Shown piece by piece: positions 51,955-64,000 of a stretch of DNA of 64,000 nt. Origin of the DNA: Eledone cirrhosa. Lineage: Eukaryota. Every line of letters starts with the position of its first letter. The stretch's first letter is position 1. The stretch lies in contig OZ024740.1 of the NCBI GenBank assembly GCA_964016885.1, forward strand, positions 396,242,001-396,306,000, read 5' to 3'. The translations under genes and the position numbers were made by a program. The notes under the pieces are model-generated. The model made no database searches and was not told where the DNA came from. It worked only from the letters and a program-made list of their open reading frames with translations.

Positions 51955-52676
51955 CTATCAGAATGGCCCGGCATTGCTCAGGATTCTAAACATAGATTGG
52001 CATGTTTTTCCCTCTCTGAAACAGTACAGAGAAGTATGAAATACCTCGGCCTGGGGATGGTGTCTACATTTTGTGCTTATAAAAAAAATTTGTAAAATGT
52101 TCAACCCACGAAAGGCATTCGACAAACCGAACATGTATTTGTTGTGCTATGGTACAATGAAAGCAATAGTTACAGAGCAGTAAGCATGTGGGACTGCAGT
52201 GGTGGAGAGCATGAAGGAATTTAGTTGGATATTTTTAAGGTTACAGGCCCTAACGCAACCAAAATGCTAAACAATGCTTTTTTGAAACATAAGTAATGCA
52301 TATGCAAAGTTTAAAAAAAAAATCGTTTGGGTACTTCTCGAGTTACAGGCCCTAATGCAACCAAAATACTTTATAAAAAAACAAAAAAAAAACGGTTTTT
52401 TGCTAATGCGGTAAAAAAAAAAAAATGAGAATATTTTTTGTTCAAAACGACATAATGCAAATTTTGAAGAAATCGCCTAGATTATTGTTCCGTTAGGCCT
52501 AAAATATGCGGTTTTTCGCCTAATGCGGTCCCTAGGCATTAAAAATTTGAAATATTTTTTGCTCAAAACACACGACCATAAGTATTACATGTGTAAAGTT
52601 TGAAAAAAAAAAAAATGGGTTGGGTAGTTCTCGAGTTTTAGGGAGCTGGACAGACATTCTGTTTTAGATATATAGA
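51955..52676 (-). mobile_element. Non-autonomous Helitron-like element
   Basis: The minus strand starts A|TCtatatatc and ends with a GC-rich hairpin (cctgagcaatgccggg), then aTAG|T (degenerate CTAG). It has internal subrepeats. Confidence 0.65.
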
Positions 52677-52799
52677 TAGACAAACGTTATTACTTTGCCT
52701 TTTATCCTTACGGGGTCGATAAAATAAAGTACCAGTAATGCACTGAGATAATTGTCTGCCTTGTGCCAAAAGTAGAAACAGTTATTACAACCACATTGC

Positions 52800-53745
52800 T
52801 CTGAAGAGTAACTTTTGAACATCTTATAGGACACCCAGCTCACTTATTGTTGCTGGCAACAAGATCAGTCCCACTTGGCTCACTCCACTTTCCAATGGCT
52901 ATCAACAACATTGCTCACCCTTCAATGTCTGGTACACTAACTGGCTCAACTGAGGTGATGTGAGCTACAGAAAAAACTGAATTTCAAGATGCCATATTTA
53001 GCATCCAGCCCGTCTTATTTGGAGCATAACAAATACTGAAAGATGATGCATACATTCTCTACACTCAAATCCCCTTGAAAACTAGGAGAGTGCCTTGAAA
53101 CTAAGCATACTGACCTGACAAGGATGACAGATTGCACCTCAATGTGCAACTGGCATTCTTCCTTCTGAGGAACTGCTTTGCCCTCACCAAACTCATGCAC
53201 CTTGTCACCCTCATCGGACTCGACACCACCATCCAATGCTGAACTCCTCTGCAATGTTTGTTTTGACAGCACTTTCTGGCAATAGGCAAGACTCCTTGTG
53301 AAATTTGGTAGCCTCGGCCACCAAACTTCGACCTCCTTCACTCACACCCTTAACAGTGAGGTCCTCTGAAAAACATATGGATTGGGAATTAGAATATCCT
53401 GCTGCTGTGGTATAGTTTAGTTCCCTTGACATGCCACACTAATTGACGATCAGGAGCATCAATGTGGCTGGTTCCCCATCACAACTGGAACCAGTTGGCC
53501 TTGACCATGGTGGTAAGTGCCCATTCAGGATAACCCTTTTCCTATTCAAGGGAGGTGAGTCCCTAATCTGGGATGTCATTGTTGCAACTCGTTCTCTACC
53601 TGCAGTGTAGAGGAGAGGAGAGGAAGATAACCAAATACCAGAGCTAGACCAGCCACTTTTTGCACAAATCACCATCGACACCTCAGTTCCAGTACTGCTG
53701 GCCATTCGTGGCAATGCCTTCATTTTGTCTGGGGCACAGCTGAAA
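52800..53745 (+). mobile_element. Decayed CRE-like non-LTR retrotransposon (C-terminal half)
   Basis: Broken frames give LRNCFA..KLMHL, WQ*ARLLVKFGSLG, FPSQLEPVGLD..GK..ITL..GGESLIWDV and AIRGNA. Confidence 0.65.
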
Positions 53746-55905
53746 CAGCTCTGACGAGAGTGCACAGTCATGAGAATGAGCTTAGTTGATTCTTGAGAGA
53801 GTAGTATCAGGTACTGTTAATTGATAAGGTAATGCATAGAGTATGTCCAAATAAAGTTACTCTATTTCTTAATGTATATGACCAGTTTCTGAATCTTAAA
53901 AAATTACATCCATATATAATATGAGCCTGAATCTAGCCCTTTTTTGTAAACTTGTACCATGTTACCCACCAAAATCTCGATCTCATTTCAATACAATACT
54001 CAGTCTCTCATGATCTTAAACAACAAAACAGAATATTTATCCTAGTGAGAGTGAGTGTGCGTGTGTACATAAAGCCTCAGTTGTAATTATTTCTACTTCA
54101 GTGCATTACTGGTACTTTATTTTTTTTATTGACTCCCATAAGGATGAAAGGCAAAGCTAACTTCAGCAGGATTTGATCTCAAAACGTAAAGAGCCATAAC
54201 TATGTTGCAAAGCATGGTGTCTGATGCTCTACCGATACTGCCAATCCACTGCTCTCAGTTGTAATAATTGTTTCTGCTTTTGGCACAAGGCCAGCAACTA
54301 CCCCAGTGCATTACATGTGCTTTATTTTATCGACCCTGTAAGGATGAAAGGAAAAGTTAACCTCGGCATGGTGTCTACCGATACTGCCAATCCAAATGTT
54401 ATTAAAAACGACAGATCTTATGTAGTCCATTTAATTTATTTTATCAATTTCTTGCTTTGAGACAATATTGAATTATGCTGATTTCCAAATAAATATGACT
54501 GATAAATCAAATACCAAACAATACATTTTTTGCAATCTTGCAATTTGAAACAAGTATTTTAAAGCTCAGTAATCACTTCTGAATATGATAGTTGGGCATA
54601 AATTTGATCCCCACTTTTAGTTTAAAATTTCTCTAATACACAAGAAAATATGATACTCTGAAGAAGTTTGAGAATAAAACATAGGTTGTCACAGCTATCA
54701 TTAAAGAGACTATTACAATACAGCATTCATTAGTGCTGATGACCCTATTCAAGGTATCCTATATTGGTTGGAGGAAGGAAGCAAGGTGTCCTCAAATCAG
54801 AGACCTAGCTGAATGATTGTAACTGAGTAGACTCTGGTAAAGGCAATTAGGTGCTGTTGGGGGAGTAATTAAGTATCACTGAAGAACAAATACCACTAGA
54901 CCTACTTGATGTTCTAATAATTCCACCAGCCCACCGTCCTAGACTGGTAAATATCGATCTTGAAAGGATGAAAGTAGCTATATTGAATATCACAAGACAT
55001 TTTGTGTAATGCTTCTTTCTACCTTGGAGCAGTTGTTTTTTTACAAAGGGAGACTATTGCTTGCAGCAGCTATGATAGTGAGAGAGATTAATGTGACTTG
55101 TCATAGTTTGGACAAAAGGAGCCACCAAGTCAATACTGAAACATCAATCACAAAAATAAGCCATAACTATGGGAAGAAAAAAAAAAAATCAAAATACATT
55201 AAAGATAAAAAATAAAAACAAAGACAGTTTTGCAGTAAAAAAAAATTAAAACAATTTATTTATTGTTTTTTTTTCTTAAATTTACTTTTCAAATTGCTGT
55301 TGGCATGTGATCTGGCTGAGGGCACTACTTGATAGGCCAGTGGAGCTGATCCATTTTAAAGACTGCTTTCTTTATAATTTTAATTATCATCTGAGTTGGT
55401 TTTTGTAGGTGGGAGAGGCTTTCTAGTCAACAGGGAACTCCAGGCAAATGATATAGAGGAATTTTGTAGGAAATTGGGGTAGATGGGAACCAGAAATTTA
55501 GAAAAGTGCAAGAGAACATAAGCTGCCAGCTTTGCTCTGTGCATGAAACAAATGTGGAAATGAACAGAGCAGAAAAAGCTTTGGGGAAAATAGAAGAGGA
55601 ATAAATGACTAGAAGATTTTTAGGCTCTTACCACCAAAGTTGGTTGAACATTAAGGGTTTCTATAGTTGCAGTTTATAATTAAAATATTACCGTTAGCAC
55701 AAGATGGAAGGCCCAGAGTAAAGGCTGGAAAGTTAACTTAAGGACATTCTTAAGGTTGGTGGGGATAGTAGTGTATTTTAAGGATTTTCATGTCTGGGGA
55801 AGAAAATAAAAGAATAAACAGAAGCTGGCAGTGTGGAGGATTTATAAAAGAAAAAAAAAATTTCCTTTACAATTTGAGCAAACCCTAGATTTTGATGTGT
55901 TATAA

Positions 55906-55908
<3 letters not shown>

Positions 55909-55940
<32 letters not shown>
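55909..55940 (+). repeat. Poly(A) tract
   Basis: About 32 consecutive A. Confidence 0.9.
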
Positions 55941-55943
<3 letters not shown>

Positions 55944-56702
55944 ATAATTTAATTGAGTAGGAGTGCATAGTGAGTGGTACAGTTGCCAACATGGTTTTAA
56001 ACATCTGGACTAAGTAATATTTCTAGCAAAGGTCAATTTAACCAATTTGAATCATTAGCATGAGGTGCAAAAGATTGGCAGGAGATTGAGAGAGAAGAGA
56101 GACACACCATATTAAGTGGATTAGAAGAGGGAAGGAGATAGAAAGTGGAATATTATAAGCTAGTGTGAGTAGGAAGTAGATCCAAAGTGAATCTCGAGAA
56201 GACAGCTGAAATTTTGAAGAGCTGGGGAAAAAGATAAGCTGCTTAGATAAGAGAAATGCATTAGTAGTAATGCAATGAAACTTGATCTGATGTACTGCAA
56301 TTGGTGCAGCTCCTAGGGGGCAAAAATTAATAAATAAAGGAGAGAGAACAAAAACAAAAAGGGTGCAATTGACTGCTTAAACAAAAACAAAAAGAAAAAC
56401 CTTCCAATATGTTATATAAAGAAGCATATTTTTGTTTTAATCCTTGAGATGATTGTGAGGGATGATCCAGTCCAAGTTGTTGCCAGCAGCTGAAGAACGA
56501 GGTGGACCCCAAATGCGAGCAGCCATTGAACTGAAATGGTCATATGTACTGGTTGATGGCAGAGTCTCCTGTGGAAATAAAGAAGTTGTTGGTAAATGAA
56601 GAAAATAGAAGTATATAAAAGAATAACTTTATTTAGAAATAAAACCAGTTATTTGGATGGACTGCAATCACACTGTTCAACATCCAGTACATTTTATTGT
56701 AA

Positions 56703-57083
56703 ATAATTGTTTCTACTTTTGGCACAAGGCTAGCAATTATCCCAGTGTATTACTGGTATTTTATTTTATTGACCCCGTAAGGATGAAAGGCAAAGTTAAC
56801 CTCGGCGGGATTTGAACTCAGACCATAAAGGGCCGTAACTCTTTGCTGCAAAGCATGGCGTCCGACCCTCTACCGATACTACCAATCCACTGGCCTAATA
56901 ATTGTTTCTACTTTTGGCACAAGACCACAATTACCCAGTGCATTACTGGTACTTTATTTTATCAGCCCCGTAAGGATGAAAGGCAAAGTTAACCTCAGCG
57001 GGATTTGAACTCAGAATGGCAAGGGCCGTAACTATGCGTCAAAGCATGTCGTCTGACCCTCTATCGATACTGCCAATCCACCC
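56703..57083 (-). mobile_element. Head-to-tail dimer of the Meta-like SINE
   Basis: Two complete units, 56703-56895 and 56897-57083, differing between the A and B boxes. Confidence 0.8.
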
Positions 57084-57638
57084 AGCAGGACTAAGTTCAA
57101 ATCCTATAGATGGGACTAATCCCACTGGATTGATCTCACTTCCTGATAACAGACATTCTTTAAAATAAAGTCATACAAACAGTATAGAGTTCTAGCTACA
57201 GACACACCTATGTGGTTAAGAAGTTTACTTCGCAATTATGTGATTCCAATGTGTGCCACCTTCAGAAAGTGTCTTCAATCACAGTAGTTACTACAAGACT
57301 CGTTAGTGAAATTAAATAGCCAGGAATTACACAAAAAACCTATCAAATGGACTGTACATGTCTGTTGCTTGCTATATTTTATATAGAAATGACTTCTATG
57401 GCACTGGAACTACACACTCCCATTCTATCACCCGTTTTAAATTCTAACACCACCACCTTACCCTTGGGTACTTTTAACAGAGTCCATTATATTGTAAGCT
57501 TGTAGACTAAGGCTCCCAGTCAGAGGATGATACAATAACTTGTGCTGCTTTCTACAGAAGCAGCCTCTGAATCATACTTTCTTCTCTTCCACCTCTCAGC
57601 TATAACAAACATATTATATAATACCCATAATTATATAT

Positions 57639-60600
57639 ATCATCATCATCGTTTAACGTCCATCTTCCACGCTTGCATGGGTTTGGACGGGAGGTTTCCC
57701 ACTTGAGGCAAGATTAGTTGTCCTGCTCATATAGGACTGTCTGGCGGGTTTTCTACGGCTGGATGCCCTTCCTAACACCAACCACGTTTACAGTGTGGAC
57801 TGGGAGGTTTTTACCGTGTTACCTACATGGCCACATCACAGCGTGGACTGTGTGTTTTTTTGTTGTGACACCTACACGACCTCATTTGTTTCGGACTGGA
57901 TGGTACCAACATCACATTTAAGGGGCTGGTGTGGATGGTGTGGATGGGGTGGGGGTGGGGGTAGTGTGGATGGGGTGTGGGTAGTGGGGGGTGGGGGGTA
58001 TTTTGTTAGAGGTGCCTACTGACTAGGTTTCGCTTTGTACTTAGGCAAGGCGGGTCTTCTGTATGACTGTGTAGCGCCAAAGATCTCGGTCCAGTGACAT
58101 TGTCTTGGAGAGGTGCAAGTGTGTGAGGTCGGAATTTATCAAGTCGTCCCAGGTTTTTATGGGTTTGCCTACTATTTTTATCGCCCTGCACTTTTTTATA
58201 CAGCTGTCGTCTTTCATGCGCATCACGTGACCATACCAACGTAGTCTTCCCTCGAATAAACAACATCTGATCCCTCTTATTCCTAATTTCTCCCTTAGTT
58301 CGTTTATGCTTTGCCGTTCACGTATATTACTATTACACATCCAGCGGAGCATGCAAGCTTCGTTTCTCTCCAGTCTGCGTATATCCTCAGCACACAATGC
58401 CCAGGTCTCACTGCCATGTAACATTGCTGTTCGTATGCAGACATCATACAGCCTGCCTTTCATTTTTAGAGAGTACCCTTTAGTGGCCAATAGTGGTATA
58501 AGCTCTCCGAATTTTTTCCATCCCGTTCTGACTCTAGCTACTGTACTTTCAGAGCACCCTCCCCCACTGCTGATTTTGTCACCCAGGTAACGGAAGGTGT
58601 CCACTATTTCTATAGTACCATCTGTTCAATGGAATGAGCTAGTATTCTGTGGGCACTTGCTGCTACTTATTGCACCAGAGCACTGGCCACATATAAAATC
58701 TATATTCTTAGTTAGCTGACCTGTGATCCCACTACATCTTTTATGCACCCATACTTTGCATTTGGGACATAAAATGGAGTTTCTGCCTACTCCTTTCCTA
58801 CACACTGAGCATGGCCATTTCCCAGATGGGACCGGTGCCCTATTTTCCTTCCTACAAACTAAAACTTTAGTCTTAGACAAGTTAACTTTGAGGCCTTTTG
58901 ATTCTGGACATGCTTCCATGTTTGGAATTTCTTCTCTAGTTCAACCATTGATTCAGCTATGAGCGTTAGATCATCTGCATATACGAGTTCCCATGGGCAG
59001 CCGGTCTTGAACTCCTCTGTGATAGCCTGAAGGGCAATAATAAATAGTAGGGGGCTAAGAACGGAGCCCTGATGACCACCAACTTTTACGCTAAGCTCTT
59101 CACTATATTCGTTGCTAATTCTAACCTTGCTGCCTGTTTCTTTATACATGGCTTGTATAGTTCTCACAAGCCATTCATCAACACCTAGTTTTCTAAGCGC
59201 CCACCAGATAATGGAGCGGGAACTCTGTCAAAGGCTTTCTCCAAGTCAACAAAAGCTAAGTATAAGGATTTACTTTTAGCTAGGTACTTCTCTTGTAGTT
59301 GTTGCACAATGAAAAGAGCGTCTGTGGTACTTTTACCTGACACAAACCCAAACTGCATTTCATCTAGATCAATTTGTTCTCTGATTAGTTGCGCTATTAC
59401 TTTTTCTGTGACCTTCATGACCTGGTCGATTAATTTAATGCCTCTATAGTTACCCCTATCAAGAGCATCTCCTTTACCCTTGTAGCAGTTAATGATGATG
59501 CTGCTACGCCAGTCCTTCGGAACGTCCCATTCTGTATGACTTGGTTTACTCTCCGGGTGACCATAGTGTGTCCCATCGTTCCAGATGCTTTCAGCATGTC
59601 AGCAACTATTTCCGAAGGCCCGGCCGCCTTACCGGTCTTCATATCTTTGATTGCCTTACTTATTATACTACCTTCAACTTGCACTGCTGGTCCCTCTATT
59701 GGATCGATGTGGGGGAGACTGTCTTTCTCCCATTTATTCTCCTCATTTAGTAGCCTTTCGTAGTGACACTTCCAAGCTACCTTCTTATCAGCGTTAGTGA
59801 TGGCAAGTACACCATCATCATTAAGGACACACTTCTCCCCGACAATATCACGGTTTTCCTTGACGCATTGCCTAGCAATCCTGAACACCTCACGTTTTTG
59901 GTCATCGCATTGTAGAACATGCTTGAACTTTCTTTCCTCAGCTTCCCTTCTTGCTAAGTACACTTGTCTCCTAGCTTCCCTCCTGGCCACTTGATAGTCT
60001 TCTCTACTTCCCCCATCCCGCCATACTTTCCAAGCCTGCTTTTTGGCCTTAATTGACTCCTCCACCTTACTATTACACCACCACGTTACTCTCCTCCTGC
60101 CTATAGGCCTGCTCCAGCCACAAACTTCATCTGCCGCCTTCAGCAGGTTAGCTTTCAGGAATTCCCACTGTTCCTCTATATTGTACGACTAATTGCTCTT
60201 CCTTACTGTTGAAAGCATCAAGCAATATGCTTTTATATTTATTACTGGCTGTGGGGTCCTTTAGCTTCCATATTTTTCTCCTGAGGATAATCCTCCTCTG
60301 TTGTTGAGTACGTCTTGTCCTGACTATGAGGTCGCTGACTATGAGTCTATGTTGGGAGGTGCATTCTTCATGGGGGAAGGATTTAGTGTTTACAACAGAC
60401 ACTATCACGTCTTCTGGTAAGGATATAATCTATCTGACTGGCGTGTTCCCCTGATCTATAGGTGATCAAGTGATTGTCTCGTTTTTTGAAGTTAGTGTTA
60501 CAGATAGTTAGGTTATTTGCGTCGCAGAATTCCAGGATTCTGGAGCCTTCCTCATTTCTAGTACCAAACCCATAGCCTCCATGGATTCCGTCATAGCCGT

Positions 60601-61160
60601 CACAATGTTGTCCAACGTGACCATTTAGGTCGCCTGCAATAATTACGTAGTCACTGTCGGTTATTTGGGAGGTAGTGAGCATCAATGTCTCACAGAATCT
60701 GTTTTTTATAGCGCCAGGCAGTCCACTTTGGGGTGCATACGCAGATATTACTGTCACAGTAGTTCTATTTAGGACAAGTCTTATTTTAATTATTCTGTCA
60801 TTCACTCTATTTACGTCTATTATCTTATCTACCCATTTTTCTGCTAACATGATTCCTACCCCACCCAGCCCATTTTCATTTCCCATCCAGAAAAGCTTAT
60901 AGCATTGTTTTTTACCCACAATGAATCTAGCAGACCCACCCCTCCACCTGGTCTCTTGGATACAGCAAACATCAAGCTCCTTATGTTCAAGCATTTCTAC
61001 AACCTCGTTAGTACCAACTCTGAAGTTTTGGATAGCGTTTGGTGGGTGGGAACGGTGGGGTGCAAGAAGGAGTGAGGGGGGGTTGGGTTGGGGTTATGTT
61101 GGCTATCCGCGGCCGAAACAAAGAGGAGTCATTGTCTTTTCGTCCGGCAGCATGTGGTGA
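57639..61160 (-). mobile_element. Second near-full-length RTE copy, inactivated by frameshifts and stops
   Basis: ORF pieces at 60383-60994, 59430-60065, 59185-59418, 58859-59167, 58626-58919 and 58041-58604 are collinear with the intact ORF. The 5' limit is approximate. Confidence 0.95.
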
Positions 61161-61396
61161 ATTTGTCTTTATCTTTAGCATTGTCACTGAGTGACCATAT
61201 TTTTCAGACTCTCCAGAATTCCATAGTCCATCCATCATATCGGCAAGCAACCAGAAGTGATAGCATAGTCTGCTGACTTATGATTGGTCCTAATAATATA
61301 CATTTATAAATTATGGATAGATTCCTAATGGGTATCTGGAGGTGACCACAATCAAAAAAGGTACTCTATGTTAGAGTATACGCATCTTTTCTTTTA

Positions 61397-61523
61397 TACA
61401 GGACTAGAACTTTTTCATTTGTATGAAGTCATCAGGAAAGACTTTCCTGGCAATTCCATTCATATGAAATCATCAGGGAAGTCTTTCATAACTTCATACA
61501 TATGAAACAGTTCTAGTCCTGTA
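61397..61523. repeat. Imperfect inverted repeat (about 50-bp arms) built from degenerate hammerhead motifs
   Basis: tacaggactagaactttttcatttgtatgaagtcatcaggaaagactttcctg ... cagggaagtctttcataacttcatacatatgaaacagttctagtcctgta. Confidence 0.8.
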
Positions 61524-61766
61524 GAAGTCATTCCTATATAAAATAAACATTTTATATATATATACGCACGGGACAAGGTCAGCTGACTGGACATTGCTCA
61601 CAACAGGACAACCCGTCTAACCCATGCTAGCGTGGAAGAATGGATATAAAATGATGATGATATATATATATATATATATCATGTAGATCCCGGGTTAAAT
61701 CGGGGATAACCACAGTAAGTAAGGTACTCAATACATAGCAGAGTAAAAGTAATTTAATATAGAAAT

Positions 61767-61817
61767 GGCTTCTACAGAACTAGAACTGTTTCATTCGGAA
61801 GAAATCATCAGAAAGCC
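61767..61817 (-). ncRNA. Minimal type I hammerhead ribozyme motif
   Basis: The minus strand reads GGCUUU-CUGAUGA-UUUC(UUCC)GAAU-GAAA-CAG(UUCUAGUU)CUG-UA-GAAGCC: complete core, three stems and a GUA cleavage triplet. The base of stem II is U.U rather than G-C. Confidence 0.7.
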
Positions 61818-62078
61818 GACTGTCAATGTAAATTTCTGCTATTTATATATTTTGTCATGGTAAGGGAAGGGTAGTGGGGTGTAGAGGTCAAGGTGGGATT
61901 AAAGGATGGGGATTCTTAGAAAAAAACAAAATTTATTTAGAGAAAGAAGTTTAGTGGCAAGTTGCAATTGAAATAAACACTTCCTTATTCTATAGTACAA
62001 TTTTGAGCAAAAGGTATATCAAGTAGTTGATCGAACATCTGTGGAAATGGTAGGTTAGGACCAGGTCTCAAGCGCGCG

Positions 62079-62109
<31 letters not shown>

Positions 62110-63490
62110 GCCCTTCAGGCTATAACAGAGGAGTTCAAGACCGGCTGCCCATGGGAACTCCTATACGCAGACGACCTAACACTCATAGCCGAATCAATGG
62201 CCGAGCTAGAAAAGAAATTCCAAACATGGAAGCACGGCCTAGAATCAAACGGCCTTAAAATTAACCTAGCTAAGACTAACGTTCTAGTTTGTAGGAAAGA
62301 AAATAAGGCGGCGGTCCCTTCCGGGAAATGGCCATGCTCAGTGTGTAGGAAAGGCGTAGGTAGAAACTCCATTTTATGTCCCAAATGCAAAGTATGGGTG
62401 CATAAAAGATGTAGTGGGATCACAGGTAAGCTAACTAAGAACATAGATTTTACATGTGGCCGGTGCTCTGGTGCAATAAGTAGCAGCAAGTGCCCACAAA
62501 ATACTAGCTCCTTCAACTGCTCAGAGGGTTCTATAGAAATAGTGGACACCTTCCGTTACCTGGGTGACAAAATCAGCAGTGGGGGAGGGTGCTCTGAAAG
62601 TACATTAGCTAGAGTCAGAACTGGATGGAAAAAGTTCAGAGAGCTTACACCACTATTAGCCGCTAAAGGGTTCTCCCTAAAAATGAAAGGCAGGTTGTAT
62701 GATGCCTGCATACGAACAGCAATGTTGCATGGCAGTGAGACCTGGGTATTGTGTGCAGAAGATATACGCAGACTAGAGAGAAACGAAGCTTGCATGCTCC
62801 GCTGGATGTGTAATAGTAATATACGTGAACGGCAAAGCATAAACAAACTAAGGAAAAAATTAGAAATAAGAGGGATCAGATGTTGTTTACTAGAGAGAAG
62901 GCTACGTTGGTATGGACACGTGATGCGCATGAAAGTCGATAGCTGTATAACAAAGTGCAGGGCAATAAAGATAGACGGTGGCCACGGAATAGGCAGACCT
63001 AGAAAAACCTGGGACGAGCTGATAAACTCCGACCTCACACACTTACACCTCTCCAAGACAATGTCACTGGACCGAGACCTTTGGCGGTACTCAGTAATAG
63101 AGAAGACCCGCCTTACCTAAATACATAGTAAAACCTACTACAGTCAGTAGGCATCTCTAACAAAATACACCCCCCGTCCCACCACCCCCACCCCCTTCTA
63201 TGTAAAGTTATGTTGGTGCCACACCATCCAGGCCGAAACAAATGAGATCGTGTAGGTGTCACGACAAAAAAACACAGTCCACGCTGTAATGTGGCCGTGT
63301 AGGCAACACGGTAAAAACCTCCCAGCCCCACACTGTAAATGTGGTTGGTGTTAGGAAGGGCATCCAACTGAAGAAAACCTGCCAGACAGTCCTATGCGAG
63401 CAAGACAATCACTCTTGCCTCAAGTGGGAAAACCCCCGTCCAAACCCATGCAAGCGTGGAACACGGACGTTATGATGATGATAATGATGA
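62110..63490 (+). mobile_element. 5'-truncated young RTE copy (YADD to 3' tail) within a (TA)n tract
   Basis: Open frame to 63120, near-identical to the intact copy. (GAT)n tail; TA repeats on both sides. Confidence 0.95.
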
Positions 63491-63807
63491 TATATATATA
63501 TACACACACATATATATATATATATATATACATACACACACACATATATATATATATATATACATACACACACATATATATATATATATATATACATACA
63601 CACACATATATATATATATATATATACATACACACACACATATATATATATATATATACATACACACACACACATATATATATATATACATACACACACA
63701 TATATATATATACACACACATATATATATATATATATATACATACATACACACACATATATATATATACATACATACACACACATATATATATATATATA
63801 CATACAT

Positions 63808-63838
<31 letters not shown>

Positions 63839-64000
63839 CATACACACACATATATATATATATATATATACATACACACATATATATATACATACACACA
63901 TATATATATATACATACACACATATATATATATACATACACACATATATATATACATGCACACATATACATATACATACATACATATACATATACATACA
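63490..64000. repeat. Compound (TA)n/(CA)n microsatellite
   Basis: Alternating tatata/cacaca blocks to the window end. Confidence 0.97.

Noticed and set aside
54654-54695. ctgaaga...aaaacataggttgtc hammerhead-like string
   Set aside because: GAAA is absent and stems I and II do not pair convincingly.
55230-56640. Possible old LINE remnant or processed pseudogene around the poly(A) tract
   Set aside because: Too decayed to assign. No TSD or recognisable ORF is tied to the poly(A).
63409-63997. Three 175-190 aa ORFs rich in Y/I/V/C/M
   Set aside because: They are translations of the (TA)n/(CA)n microsatellite.

Overview
AT-rich, repeat-dense metazoan DNA with spliced genes. The CORE- and Meta-type SINEs, RTE LINEs and abundant (TA)n/(ATC)n suggest an octopus-like cephalopod (inference). 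Four host genes can be reconstructed across GT-AG introns: MND1 (+, 2348-18860, ATG exon not located), a C2H2 zinc-finger gene with a 1-nt frameshift (-, 19897-22211), a short CCDC86/Cgr1-family gene (+, 27897-34722) and an alpha-tubulin ending in Phe (+, 42383-48868). Most of the remainder is mobile DNA. A young RTE-clade LINE family has one copy with an uninterrupted EN-RT ORF inside MND1; its RT carries a C4HC3 PHD-type finger between RT motifs. There are also older RTE, R4-like and CRE-like fragments, mariner/DD37D remnants, MITEs, a non-autonomous Helitron and several SINE families. The most unusual non-coding signals are minimal hammerhead-ribozyme motifs, one with an intact core, associated with fold-back inverted repeats including a perfect 132-bp palindrome. 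These probably come from Penelope-like elements. All family assignments are from motif recognition by eye; no searches were run.
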